Shown here: one piece after another, positions 20,524-29,332 of the stretch | How positions within the stretch are numbered: position 1 is the first letter of the stretch | How the letters are laid out: each line of letters opens with the position of its first letter | Assembly (NCBI GenBank): GCA_051958655.1 | Contig: JBQCFW010000114.1 | Location: 8,319 to 72,318 of the forward strand | Direction: 5' to 3' | Origin: Agriterribacter sp. | Lineage (GTDB): Bacteria; Bacteroidota; Bacteroidia; Chitinophagales; Chitinophagaceae | DNA length: 64,000 bases | The notes under the pieces: model-generated | What the model saw: the letters and a program-made list of their open reading frames with translations, nothing else | What the model was told of the DNA's origin: nothing | The model's database searches: none | Made by a program: the position numbers and the translations under genes

Positions 20524-20894
20524 TCAAAGGAACGGGTATAGACATTGCTGAACCGGAAAGAATAGCCCGCGCCATTGAAAAGGAGCGCGGTTTCAGGGAG
20601 CTTGTGTTTTCGCAAACCGAAATAGCTTATTGCGAATCTAAAACAAACAAATACCAGCATTACGCTGCAAGGTTTGCCGCAAAGGAAGCTTTTTTTAAAG
20701 CCCTTGGCACCGGCTGGAAAAATAATACAGCCTTTAACGAGGTGGAAATATTCAATGATGTGGAAGGAAAACCGGGCATCAGGCTATTGGGAGAAACTGC
20801 CGCCACGCTGGCGCATTTACATTCATCTGCTATCTTTCTTTCTTTATCTCACGTTTCCCATTTGGCCACTGCTATTGTAATTATTGAAGGATAA
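20520..20894 (+). CDS. acpS: Holo-ACP synthase (4'-phosphopantetheinyl transferase)
   Basis: GTGIDIAE, AARFAAKEAFFKALGTG, LSLSH; ATGA overlap with the upstream gene. Confidence 0.92.
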   Translation: MIKGTGIDIAEPERIARAIEKERGFRELVFSQTEIAYCESKTNKYQHYAARFAAKEAFFKALGTGWKNNTAFNEVEIFNDVEGKPGIRLLGETAATLAHLHSSAIFLSLSHVSHLATAIVIIEG

Positions 20895-21004
20895 AGCTGG
20901 TTGTTTTTGGAATTGTAACAGCAAGCTAAGTCTTATCGTGGGGCGTGAGACACGACCACGGCGAGGAAAGAATAAAGCTGGTTGTCTATAACCCAACAGT
21001 CAAG

Positions 21005-21037
21005 AAGGTTTCCAACCTTCCAAAGGTTGGAAACCTT
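21005..21037. repeat. REP-like palindrome, family 1
   Basis: AAGGTTTCCAACCTT-cca-AAGGTTGGAAACCTT perfect inverted repeat; related copies at 21939, 46312, 56274. Confidence 0.85.
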
Positions 21038-21308
21038 AGATTACAATGCCATCCATCAGATCGCCGTTCAGGCGGGCCGATGGAAAAGCCGGCCGGCCTG
21101 AACGGTATTGGGCGCAGCCGGCGGTGTGACCGATAAAAAGAAAACAGGAACGAAAGTTTAGAATATGTAAGCCGCAGCTTCGCAGACAGATCTATTTAGC
21201 TTATTACAAACAGCAAGAGCCATGTAAGGATGGATTTAATGCATCCATATCCGCTTTCTACAGAATGCATTTTGCTTTTTATATATTGCGTACTATAAAA
21301 GCAATCTT

Positions 21309-21923
21309 ATGCTTCACATGCTCTATATCATTGCCATTACTGCCGAGGCAATAACGGCGGCACTATCTGCCGGCAGACGTAATATGGATTGGGTAGGAGT
21401 GTTTATCATAGCGTGGGTAACCGCGTTGGGCGGTGGCACCATCAGGAATATATTGTTGGGGCACTATCCCATGTCGTGGGTGGAACATCCGGAGTATTTG
21501 TTAATAACTGCAGGCGGCGCTGTGTTTGCGGGAATCATCGCCCGGTTTATGAACCGGTTAAAGACATTGTTCTTATACCTCGATGCAGTTGGGCTGGTTG
21601 TATTTACAATTATCGGGTGCCAGTTAGCAGAAAGCCTGCATCTTCCAACAATAATAATATTATTAAGCGGCGTTATAACCGGTTGCGCCGGCGGTGTGTT
21701 GCGCGATGTGCTTTGTAACGATATTCCCCTGTTGTTTCGCAAAGAGATATATGCCAGCGCATCTGTAGTTACCGGCGGCATATATCTGCTTACGCAATAC
21801 TGGGGTGGTACTATGGAATGGGCGGTGATCATTGCGTGCGTTTTTGGTCTTGTATTGAGGCTGTTGTCTATTCACTATGAATGGCAGATGCCAAAATTTG
21901 TGTATCACGACGATCTTCATTAG
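21309..21923 (+). CDS. TRIC/UPF0126 (YadS-like) membrane protein
   Basis: Duplicated TALGGGTIR / TGCAGGVLRD motifs, about 7 TM segments. Confidence 0.9.
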   Translation: MLHMLYIIAITAEAITAALSAGRRNMDWVGVFIIAWVTALGGGTIRNILLGHYPMSWVEHPEYLLITAGGAVFAGIIARFMNRLKTLFLYLDAVGLVVFTIIGCQLAESLHLPTIIILLSGVITGCAGGVLRDVLCNDIPLLFRKEIYASASVVTGGIYLLTQYWGGTMEWAVIIACVFGLVLRLLSIHYEWQMPKFVYHDDLH

Positions 21924-21938
21924 CAAAGCATGGTGCAG

Positions 21939-21967
21939 GGTTGCAAACCTTCTAAAGGTTGGCAACC
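21939..21967. repeat. REP-like palindrome, family 1
   Basis: GGTTGCAAACCTT-cta-AAGGTTGGCAACC. Confidence 0.8.
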
Positions 21968-22026
21968 TTACCCAGTCGAAAATGCTGTTGGGTTTTGGTT
22001 AACTTTGAAGCGTTAAAAAAAGTATC

Positions 22027-23205
22027 ATGAAAGAAGTAGTAATTGTATCGGCTGTGCGCACGCCCATTGGCAGTTTTGGTGGCGCGTTAAAAAGTTTATC
22101 GGCAACGCAGTTGGGCGCTGCAGCAATAAAAGCTGCTGTTGCTAAAAGTGGTATTTCGGCGGCAATGGTGCAGGAAGTGCTGATGGGTTGCGTAATACAG
22201 GCCAATCTTGGACAGGCGCCTGCCAGGCAGGCTGCAAAATTTGCAGGTTTGCCTGACGAAGTAATTTGTACCACGGTAAACAAAGTATGCGCAAGTGGAA
22301 TGAAGGCTGTTGCCCAGGCCGCGCAAAGCATCCTGTTGGGTGACGCTGATATTATTGTTGCCGGCGGCATGGAAAGCATGAGCAATATTCCTTTTTATGC
22401 CGAAAATATGCGGTGGGGTAACAAGTACGGAAATACATTGCTGATTGATGGTTTGATAAGAGACGGATTGACCGATGTATACGACGGAAAAGCCATGGGA
22501 TTTGCTGCTGAATTATGCGCAAAAGATTGCGGTATTACCCGCGAGGAACAAGACGCTTTTGCCGTTGAAAGTTACAAGCGTTCGCAGGCTGCCTGGGAAA
22601 AAGGTTTGTTTGCGGAGGAAGTGATACCGGTAGAAATTCCGCAGAAAAAGGGAGATGCTGTGTTAGTAACCAGGGATGAAGAACCTTTTAATGTAAAGTT
22701 TGATAAGATAGCAACACTAAATCCTGCATTTGAAAAGAATGGAACAGTAACGGCAGCCAATGCTTCTACGCTCAACGACGGGGCAGCAGCGTTGGTAATT
22801 ATGAGTCGGGCAAAAGCAAACGAACTGGGGTTGAAACCAATTGCGAAGATCGTTTCTTATGCTGATGCTGAACAGGCGCCTGAATGGTTTACCACTACGC
22901 CGGCCCTGGCCGTTCCCAAAGCGGTAGCAAAGGCCGGACTCGCCATGACGGATATTGACTTTTGGGAAGTGAACGAAGCTTTTAGCGTGGTAGGAATTGA
23001 GAACAGCAGGCGAATGAAACTGAACCCTGCTGCTGTAAACGTGCATGGTGGGGCAGTAGCTTTAGGCCATCCGCTGGGTGCCAGTGGAGCACGCATATTG
23101 GTTACGCTTGTGCATGTGCTGAAAGCAAATAAGGCAAGGTTTGGTGCAGCCGGAATATGCAATGGTGGAGGCGGCGCCAGCGCCATGGTTATTGAAAATA
23201 TATGA
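22027..23205 (+). CDS. Acetyl-CoA C-acetyltransferase (thiolase)
   Basis: [33 protein letters not shown]. Confidence 0.95.
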   Translation: MKEVVIVSAVRTPIGSFGGALKSLSATQLGAAAIKAAVAKSGISAAMVQEVLMGCVIQANLGQAPARQAAKFAGLPDEVICTTVNKVCASGMKAVAQAAQSILLGDADIIVAGGMESMSNIPFYAENMRWGNKYGNTLLIDGLIRDGLTDVYDGKAMGFAAELCAKDCGITREEQDAFAVESYKRSQAAWEKGLFAEEVIPVEIPQKKGDAVLVTRDEEPFNVKFDKIATLNPAFEKNGTVTAANASTLNDGAAALVIMSRAKANELGLKPIAKIVSYADAEQAPEWFTTTPALAVPKAVAKAGLAMTDIDFWEVNEAFSVVGIENSRRMKLNPAAVNVHGGAVALGHPLGASGARILVTLVHVLKANKARFGAAGICNGGGGASAMVIENI

Positions 23206-23499
23206 GAATAAGGTGTAGGGTAGAAGGGGAAAGGTTTGGAGTTGGACGTTTATCGTTTGTTCATGCCTGAATGAGCGTGAGGTTTTGCATAAAGCAATAA
23301 AAGGCCAGGTTGAGTGGAAAGCTTTCTTCCTGTGTTATGTTAGGGATAAATAATCAGCTTTTTCTTTTCCGATATTAGGGTAAGAGAAAAAGCAACAGAA
23401 AATGAATAATTTTTTCCATGGTTTTTAAGGGATGTGAAAGTGCATATTGAAATATGCCTGATCATTTTCTGTTGCAATTCAGGTCAATGTTTTACGGAC

Positions 23500-23670
23500 G
23501 GTAAGTGGTAAAGCACTGTTATCTTCTAAAGGGTAAAGATTCGGTGGTGTTTTGTTGTTGGCTGCGTTGGTTTTCTAAAGGTTTCGGTTTACAGGTTTTT
23601 CACGGATTCGGTTTCAAAAACGGGCTTCAAAGGTTAAGGTTTTGGGATCGGGATATATTGGATTATTGAT
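23500..23670 (-). ncRNA. Candidate small RNA/leader element, copy A
   Basis: Promoter-like TTTCTTTG, then AATCCAATA..CGATCC, an AAACC-rich body and AACAGTGCTTTACC; homologous to 51600-51735; no ORF. Confidence 0.4.
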
Positions 23671-23904
23671 ACAAAGAAACGTTGATAAAATGTTTAAAAA
23701 AATAGGAGATTATACTTTTGCGGTGTAAATAAAACTTAGGAAATGATGTAAGAAGAATGCTACACGTTAGTAAGTTTACTATTAAACAGTTGTCGAAAGA
23801 GAAGGGAATTGAATATGTAATTTGCAAATTGTTGTATACAGCCTTGATTGATGGCGTGTTGGATAAATAAAGCGAAACAGTATTTTTACTAACTGTTGGT
23901 AAAA

Positions 23905-25035
23905 CTACGCTCCGGAGTATTCCCGGTTTTGCAAATGAAGAGGCATTGTTACTGTAATAGTGGTGCCTTGCCGCGGAGAACTTTTAATATCATATTTTCC
24001 CCCTAACATTTTTGTACGTTCCTTCATGCTGATTAATCCGAAGGTTCTTTTACTCAGCGTGTCCTGTTTAAAACCAACTCCATCGTCTTTGATTGAAAGT
24101 ATCAGTACTGTTGCCTGTTGCTGCAGGGTTAGCCAGATATTTTTGGCATTTGCATGGCGTGCTACATTGGTGAGCGATTCCTGCACTATCCTGAACAAGC
24201 TTATTTTTGCTGTATCTCCCAGCGGCGGGTCTATATTCAATCCGGATAAATAGGTGCGTATTCCCCACTTTTTTTCAAACTCCATTAATTGCCACTCTAT
24301 TGCAGCTACCACGCCCATATCGTCCAGTATGCTAGGCCGGAGCTCCGCAGATATTCTCCGTACAGATGTGATCGTTCCATTAATCATCTTCATCAATTCC
24401 GTTGTGGTGGATTTTAATGACTCATCAGCAATATCCAGCTTTTTTAAAAGCCAGGATATCTGCATTTTAATAACGCTCAACTGCTGACCTAATTCGTCGT
24501 GTACTTCCCGGGCAATATTCGCTCTTTCCTTTTCCCTTGCATTGTGCAGGTGCCTCCACAAAAGCCGCAGCTCCTCTGCTACGGAGCTGTTCTGCGAAAA
24601 TTTTTCCTGCCACTGCAGTTTTTCTTCATTCAGTGTTATCATTTCGGTAACGTCTTCCGCCTTACCTATAATCCAGGATATTTTCTTCTCGCTATTTTGC
24701 ACAGGAACGAACAATGTGCGCCAGAAGCGCTTTTCAAATGTTCCGTCGCTCCTGCCAATATCATATCTCATAATACCGGCTGTGTAGGATTCGCCCAATT
24801 CAATTGTTCGGTTAACAGCAGTCCTGATAAATTCAATGCTACTGGATGTGTCGTTGGGGTTGTCAGGAAATACTTCGTCCAGTCTTTTTCCAACAACGGC
24901 ATCGGGGTTAATGTCAACGACCTTTAGATAGGCATTGTTGAAAGCCACAACAGTAAGATCTGGCTTAAAAACAACGTAAGCGTCGGGAGTTGTTTCAAAC
25001 AGCGTTTTGAAATCATTGTGGGTCAGCACATGCAT
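23905..25035 (-). CDS. PAS-domain sensor histidine kinase (HisKA_3 type)
   Basis: N-terminal PAS; IAREVHDELGQ H-box; ESLTNVARHA, DDGVGF, TFGLISMKER. Confidence 0.9.
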   Translation of the reverse strand: MHVLTHNDFKTLFETTPDAYVVFKPDLTVVAFNNAYLKVVDINPDAVVGKRLDEVFPDNPNDTSSSIEFIRTAVNRTIELGESYTAGIMRYDIGRSDGTFEKRFWRTLFVPVQNSEKKISWIIGKAEDVTEMITLNEEKLQWQEKFSQNSSVAEELRLLWRHLHNAREKERANIAREVHDELGQQLSVIKMQISWLLKKLDIADESLKSTTTELMKMINGTITSVRRISAELRPSILDDMGVVAAIEWQLMEFEKKWGIRTYLSGLNIDPPLGDTAKISLFRIVQESLTNVARHANAKNIWLTLQQQATVLILSIKDDGVGFKQDTLSKRTFGLISMKERTKMLGGKYDIKSSPRQGTTITVTMPLHLQNREYSGA

Positions 25036-25181
25036 AATTCATACGTTAGACATAGATAATATTTTCGGATTACTCAAACCATGCACTCAAAACCAGCATT
25101 CTAAAGGTAATGCAATTTAAATTGTGTTAACAACAAATGAATGTTTAAACATTATACATTATAGCCTGAGATGTCCGGCCG

Positions 25182-26441
25182 TTACGCGGGCACTCCCGCA
25201 ACGGCTGCTTTTTTTCTTTCCACCATGCGCTTAACCCTGAACAACAGAAATATACTGATTAAAGAAATAAATACAACCACGTAACCTACCCAGTTGTAAT
25301 GTTCGAGGGGGCTCATTTTATCTTTTTGAGTGACAATAGTGCCTGCAGCGGCTGCGGCTATTCCGCCTGCAATTTGCTGAAGCGAGGAATTAATGCTCAT
25401 AAAGGCGCCACGGTCGGGCATATCGGGAACGGCGCTTGTTAATGCAGTAGATGGAACCATGCGGCTCATTATTCCCATCATCATTAAAATATTGATGATA
25501 ATTACAAGCCACAGCGGCGTTACTGAAAGGTTGGTGTAAAAAACTACGATTATCATCATCCATACCGAAGCAATGGTAAAGAGTGTAAACTTGTCTATCT
25601 GGTCGCTCAACTTTCCTATAAGCGGCATTACAATTAACGAGCTAAGGCCGGCAATCATAAACAGCATAGGAAGATCGTCCTGTGTAATTTTAAGGTTGTT
25701 AATGGCAAAGGCAGTACCAAACGGCATCATCATAAATCCACCTATCGACAAAAGGGCGGTAGCAGTAAAACCTATGCGGTAATCTTTGCGGTAAATGGTA
25801 TGGAGTAAATGTTTTACAGGCGACTGTGAGCGTGTAACAGCCAGATGTTTATTTACCGGCTGCAAATACCAGAAAATAATCAACGCCACAACAATGGCGA
25901 GCGCTGCCACCATTAAAAAGGGGGCTTCCCAGCCCCAATAATTAGCCAATGCCAAACCAATGGGCACCCCTAATACCTGGCTGGCTCCAAATCCCATCTG
26001 CACAAATCCCATTACCCTGCCCCTTTGTTCCAGTGCAAAAATATCTGTGATAATGGCCATGGATATGGAACCAATAACACCGCCAAACAAACCGGTGATA
26101 ATACGTGCAATAATAAGCGCCTCGTAGGAATGAGCCAGTCCGCAAAAAATGGTACCTATAATAAAGCCGGAATAAAAGAACAGCAATAGCTTTTTCCGGT
26201 CGAACCGGTCGGCAAAGCCTGCAGTAAGCAATCCCGAAGCGCCGGCACTAAAGGCATAAGCCGATACGGCCCAACCAAATTTAGAGGGAGAAAGGTTTAA
26301 CGATTTCATCATAAGATCGCCTAAGGGCGACATCACCATAAAATCGAGTATAACTGTAAACTGCGTAATAGCGAGTACAAAAATTACAAATTTCATGTAG
26401 CCTGTAAACGGCGGTATTACAATTGGCGGGCTCTGTTTCAT
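25182..26441 (-). CDS. MFS transporter
   Basis: 12 TM segments; GFADRFDRKK motif A. Confidence 0.92.
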   Translation of the reverse strand: MKQSPPIVIPPFTGYMKFVIFVLAITQFTVILDFMVMSPLGDLMMKSLNLSPSKFGWAVSAYAFSAGASGLLTAGFADRFDRKKLLLFFYSGFIIGTIFCGLAHSYEALIIARIITGLFGGVIGSISMAIITDIFALEQRGRVMGFVQMGFGASQVLGVPIGLALANYWGWEAPFLMVAALAIVVALIIFWYLQPVNKHLAVTRSQSPVKHLLHTIYRKDYRIGFTATALLSIGGFMMMPFGTAFAINNLKITQDDLPMLFMIAGLSSLIVMPLIGKLSDQIDKFTLFTIASVWMMIIVVFYTNLSVTPLWLVIIINILMMMGIMSRMVPSTALTSAVPDMPDRGAFMSINSSLQQIAGGIAAAAAGTIVTQKDKMSPLEHYNWVGYVVVFISLISIFLLFRVKRMVERKKAAVAGVPA

Positions 26442-26445
26442 TTTT

Positions 26446-26670
26446 TCAAGTTAATTCGGCGCATTCATAGCCATGCGTATTGATCAGTTCAATGATCTGT
26501 TCATGTTGTAAAGAAGGAGAAACAATTCTTAAAACACAGTCCACATCGTGCAGGTCAACATTCCATTGCTTAATGCATTGATGGTTGTTCAACAAGCTTT
26601 TGATACGATTTACATCTTCGGCAGACCTGATATTGGTTTTGAAGATGAGTATGTTTTGAAAGTTTTCCAT
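26446..26670 (-). CDS. Small HMA-fold-like hypothetical protein
   Basis: ILIFKTNI...WNVDLHDVDCVLRI...GYECAEL; operonic between TetR and MFS. Confidence 0.7.
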   Translation of the reverse strand: MENFQNILIFKTNIRSAEDVNRIKSLLNNHQCIKQWNVDLHDVDCVLRIVSPSLQHEQIIELINTHGYECAELT

Positions 26671-26679
26671 AGCGATGCT

Positions 26680-27270
26680 TTAGTTTTTGAGTGCTTTTAT
26701 TACAAGGCTAAATGTTTGCCATACTATCTTATCGGTTGCTTTGAATGGCTTACCGCCTACCGTTCTACCTTCATTGTGAAAACGAACAAGCGAATACAGC
26801 GGGGCAAATGCAACAGACCAGAAAACACCGAGCGGCATTTCATTGATTTCATTGCGTTCCACGGCATTTTTGCAAAACCTTCCCATACGCGAAGCAAATT
26901 CATCCATCAAAAATTCAAATACCTGGTGCTGGTAAGTAGAACTTCTGAGTTGCTCAAAAAACAGTGCCAGGCCTGGATGTTGGGTAAGGTAAGCAAACCT
27001 GTTTTTCCATTGTACTTTCAAACCTTCTTCAAACGATGCATCCGGATCAAAATCTTTAAAAGTGGCTTCGATAAGCGTTTTTGCTTCTTCCTGCGCAATT
27101 TTGATAATAAGGTCGTCTTTGTGTTTGTAATAAATGTAAAGAGTGGCAACAGAAATTTTGCATTGCCTTGCCAGCTTGTTCATGCTAAAACCCTCAAAAC
27201 CATCGCTTGTTAACAGCTCAATGGCTTTTTGTTTAACCAGCTTTTCTTTTTGAACGTCCCTGATCCGCAA
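26680..27270 (-). CDS. TetR/AcrR family regulator
   Basis: GFEGFSMNKLARQCKISVATLYIYY HTH. Confidence 0.9.
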   Translation of the reverse strand: MRIRDVQKEKLVKQKAIELLTSDGFEGFSMNKLARQCKISVATLYIYYKHKDDLIIKIAQEEAKTLIEATFKDFDPDASFEEGLKVQWKNRFAYLTQHPGLALFFEQLRSSTYQHQVFEFLMDEFASRMGRFCKNAVERNEINEMPLGVFWSVAFAPLYSLVRFHNEGRTVGGKPFKATDKIVWQTFSLVIKALKN

Positions 27271-27364
27271 AACTAATTTTTTTCAAAAGTAAGCGAATAT
27301 TCATTTATTATTCAATTTTTTTATTCGCGTCAGGTCCCGCCGGCTTTTACTTTTTGGGTCGAGG

Positions 27365-27453
27365 TGGGATGAAAAGGTGGCAAAGGTTCGGAACTTTGCA
27401 AAAACGTTCACCTGCTTTTCAACAAGTTTGTAAGTTCCGAACCTTACTCATCC
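27365..27453. repeat. About 90-bp dispersed inverted-repeat element
   Basis: AAGGTTCGGAACTT...AAGTTCCGAACCTT arms; near-identical copy at 44938-45026. Confidence 0.85.
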
Positions 27454-27510
27454 AACATTGTATTTTAATCCGATGTTCCTCATCAGTAATCAAACTCCGT
27501 TTGAATTGTG

Positions 27511-27855
27511 TTAATCGGTTTCCTTGTTTCCGAGCATCAGTATTTCCCTGATCTGTATGTCGGTAACGTATCGTTTAATGCCGTCTTTGTCTACGTAACT
27601 GCTGTTTACCAGCTTACCTTCAATAGCTACCTTGCTGCCTTTGCTAAGGTATTTTTCTATCAATTCGGCATTTTTACCCCATGCAATTGCATTGTGCCAT
27701 TGGGTTTCCTTAATGCTTTCTCCTTTAGCGTTGCGATAGACTTCGTTGGTAGCGATAGAAACACGGGCCTTTTTTTTGCCGGATTCTGTGTTGCTCACAT
27801 CGGGATTGCTACCCAGGTTGCCAATCAATTGCACTTTGTTTTGTAAGGCGTTCAT
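27511..27855 (-). CDS. ssb: Single-stranded DNA-binding protein (short, no acidic tail)
   Basis: NKVQLIGNLGSNP, TQWHNAIAW, KGSKVAIEGKL OB-fold; 114 aa. Confidence 0.92.
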   Translation of the reverse strand: MNALQNKVQLIGNLGSNPDVSNTESGKKKARVSIATNEVYRNAKGESIKETQWHNAIAWGKNAELIEKYLSKGSKVAIEGKLVNSSYVDKDGIKRYVTDIQIREILMLGNKETD

Positions 27856-27950
27856 AAAGCTTCGTTTAAATTGTTTACGATTGTATGTAGTTGTTTTAGC
27901 GCTTCAACCCTACAAAGTTGCATATCCGCAACTGATGGACCCGGTATATA

Positions 27951-28000
27951 AATGTTTATAATCGATCTTAGTCGTTTGTAAACGTTTAAAAACGTTTAAT
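27951..28000. promoter_or_regulatory. 10-bp-phased direct repeats between divergent ssb and zinc-finger gene
   Basis: aatgtttata/atcgatctta/gtcgtttgta/aacgtttaaa/aacgtttaat; CGTTT at 27973, 27983, 27993. Confidence 0.45.
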
Positions 28001-28082
28001 TCGCTGTCATTTCTGTTTCGCAGGGTTGTTGTAAAACTGTAACTTTAAGCAATGCTCAACCGAAAGGCCTAATTGTAAACCT

Positions 28083-28481
28083 ATGATATCATCTATACCT
28101 ATGGCATCGCATTGCCTTCATTGCAACAAGCTGATAAAAGGCCGCATGGACAAGAAATTTTGCGATAGCTGGTGCCGGAATGCCTATCATAACAAACTGA
28201 ACAGCAACTACACTTCACCCTTGGTTCGTACTATAAACAGCATACTTAAACGGAACCGTAAAATACTGGGAACACTTCTGTCTGCCGAAAGGGGAACCGC
28301 CCGTATTTCGAAAAAGAGGCTGCTGGACATGGGCTTTAATTTTGGATATCTTACTCACCAGGTGATCACTAAAAAGGGGCAGACTTATGTTTTCTGCTAT
28401 GAATATGGTTATTTGCTTTTAGAAAGCGACTTTTACCTCATTGTGGCCCGCACCCAAAAACGCGATCTCGAAACAGGGTAA
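28083..28481 (+). CDS. C4 zinc-ribbon hypothetical protein
   Basis: CLHC...GRMDKKFCDSWCRNAYHN; RNRKIL; GFNFGYLTH. Confidence 0.75.
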   Translation: MISSIPMASHCLHCNKLIKGRMDKKFCDSWCRNAYHNKLNSNYTSPLVRTINSILKRNRKILGTLLSAERGTARISKKRLLDMGFNFGYLTHQVITKKGQTYVFCYEYGYLLLESDFYLIVARTQKRDLETG

Positions 28482-28527
28482 AAATGAGGTTGTACGTATA
28501 AAAATTATATCTTTGTAGTATAAAAAG

Positions 28528-28803
28528 ATGCTAACAATGGATGCTAAAATAACGCTAAGCTTTAATGCTCAAATTATCAGCCAGGCAAAGCAGTATGCCG
28601 AAGAGCAGGGCATAAGCCTGAGCAGGCTTACCGAAATTTTATTGCGTAAGCTTACATCCGGCGGGTATAAGTCCATCGAAGATTTTCCCGTTGAAGATTG
28701 GGTAAGCATGGTTTCGGAGGGAGAGGCTGCTTATATCACCAAGCCTAAAACAAGCAAGCAGCTAAAAAACGAATTCAATAACACCCGGAAAAAACGCCAA
28801 TGA
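28528..28803 (+). CDS. DUF6364-like RHH antitoxin
   Basis: KITLSF...AKQYAEEQGISLSRLTE; ATGA overlap with the PIN gene; TATCTTTG at 28508-28515. Confidence 0.75.
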   Translation: MLTMDAKITLSFNAQIISQAKQYAEEQGISLSRLTEILLRKLTSGGYKSIEDFPVEDWVSMVSEGEAAYITKPKTSKQLKNEFNNTRKKRQ

Positions 28804-29225
28804 CGCTCTTCCTGGATGCAAATATACTAGTATCGGTTCTCAACAAGGAATATCCTCTTTTTACTTATACAGCGCGTATTATGAGTTTGGCCGGCAAGCG
28901 GCCCTATATACTTAAAACCTCCACCGTATGCCTGGCCATTGCTTATTATTTTGCCGAAAAAAAACAAGGAACTGCTGCTGCAAAAAGTAAAATAGCACTT
29001 TTAATGCAACACATTGACATCACCGACTCTGGTGAAAAAGAAGCCATGCAGGCTATTGCCAACAAAAAGGCGAACGACTTTGAAGATGCTTTGCAATACT
29101 ACAGCGCTGTAAACGCCCGGTGCACCTGTTTGTTAACAGACAATGTAGACGACTTTTATTTTGCCGACATAGAAGTGTTACAACCCGAAGTGTTTTTTAA
29201 TAAATATTTTCTTCGCAGAAAATAG
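28800..29225 (+). CDS. PIN-domain (VapC-like) toxin
   Basis: LFLDANILV, DFEDALQY, TDNVDDF acidic PIN residues. Confidence 0.88.
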   Translation: MTLFLDANILVSVLNKEYPLFTYTARIMSLAGKRPYILKTSTVCLAIAYYFAEKKQGTAAAKSKIALLMQHIDITDSGEKEAMQAIANKKANDFEDALQYYSAVNARCTCLLTDNVDDFYFADIEVLQPEVFFNKYFLRRK

Positions 29226-29332
29226 TTGTAAACGGTTGCTTTTTCACTCTCTTCAATGATGTTTCTCCGCTACTTTTGAACGGTTTACCTCAATTATTTT
29301 GTAGTTTCTCGGGTAAAAAGCTATTTACAGTC

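Noticed and set aside
23376-23420. 14-aa peptide MEKIIHFLLLFLLP downstream of sRNA candidate A
   Set aside because: Too short to support and no counterpart seen in copy B; only ribosome profiling could rescue it.
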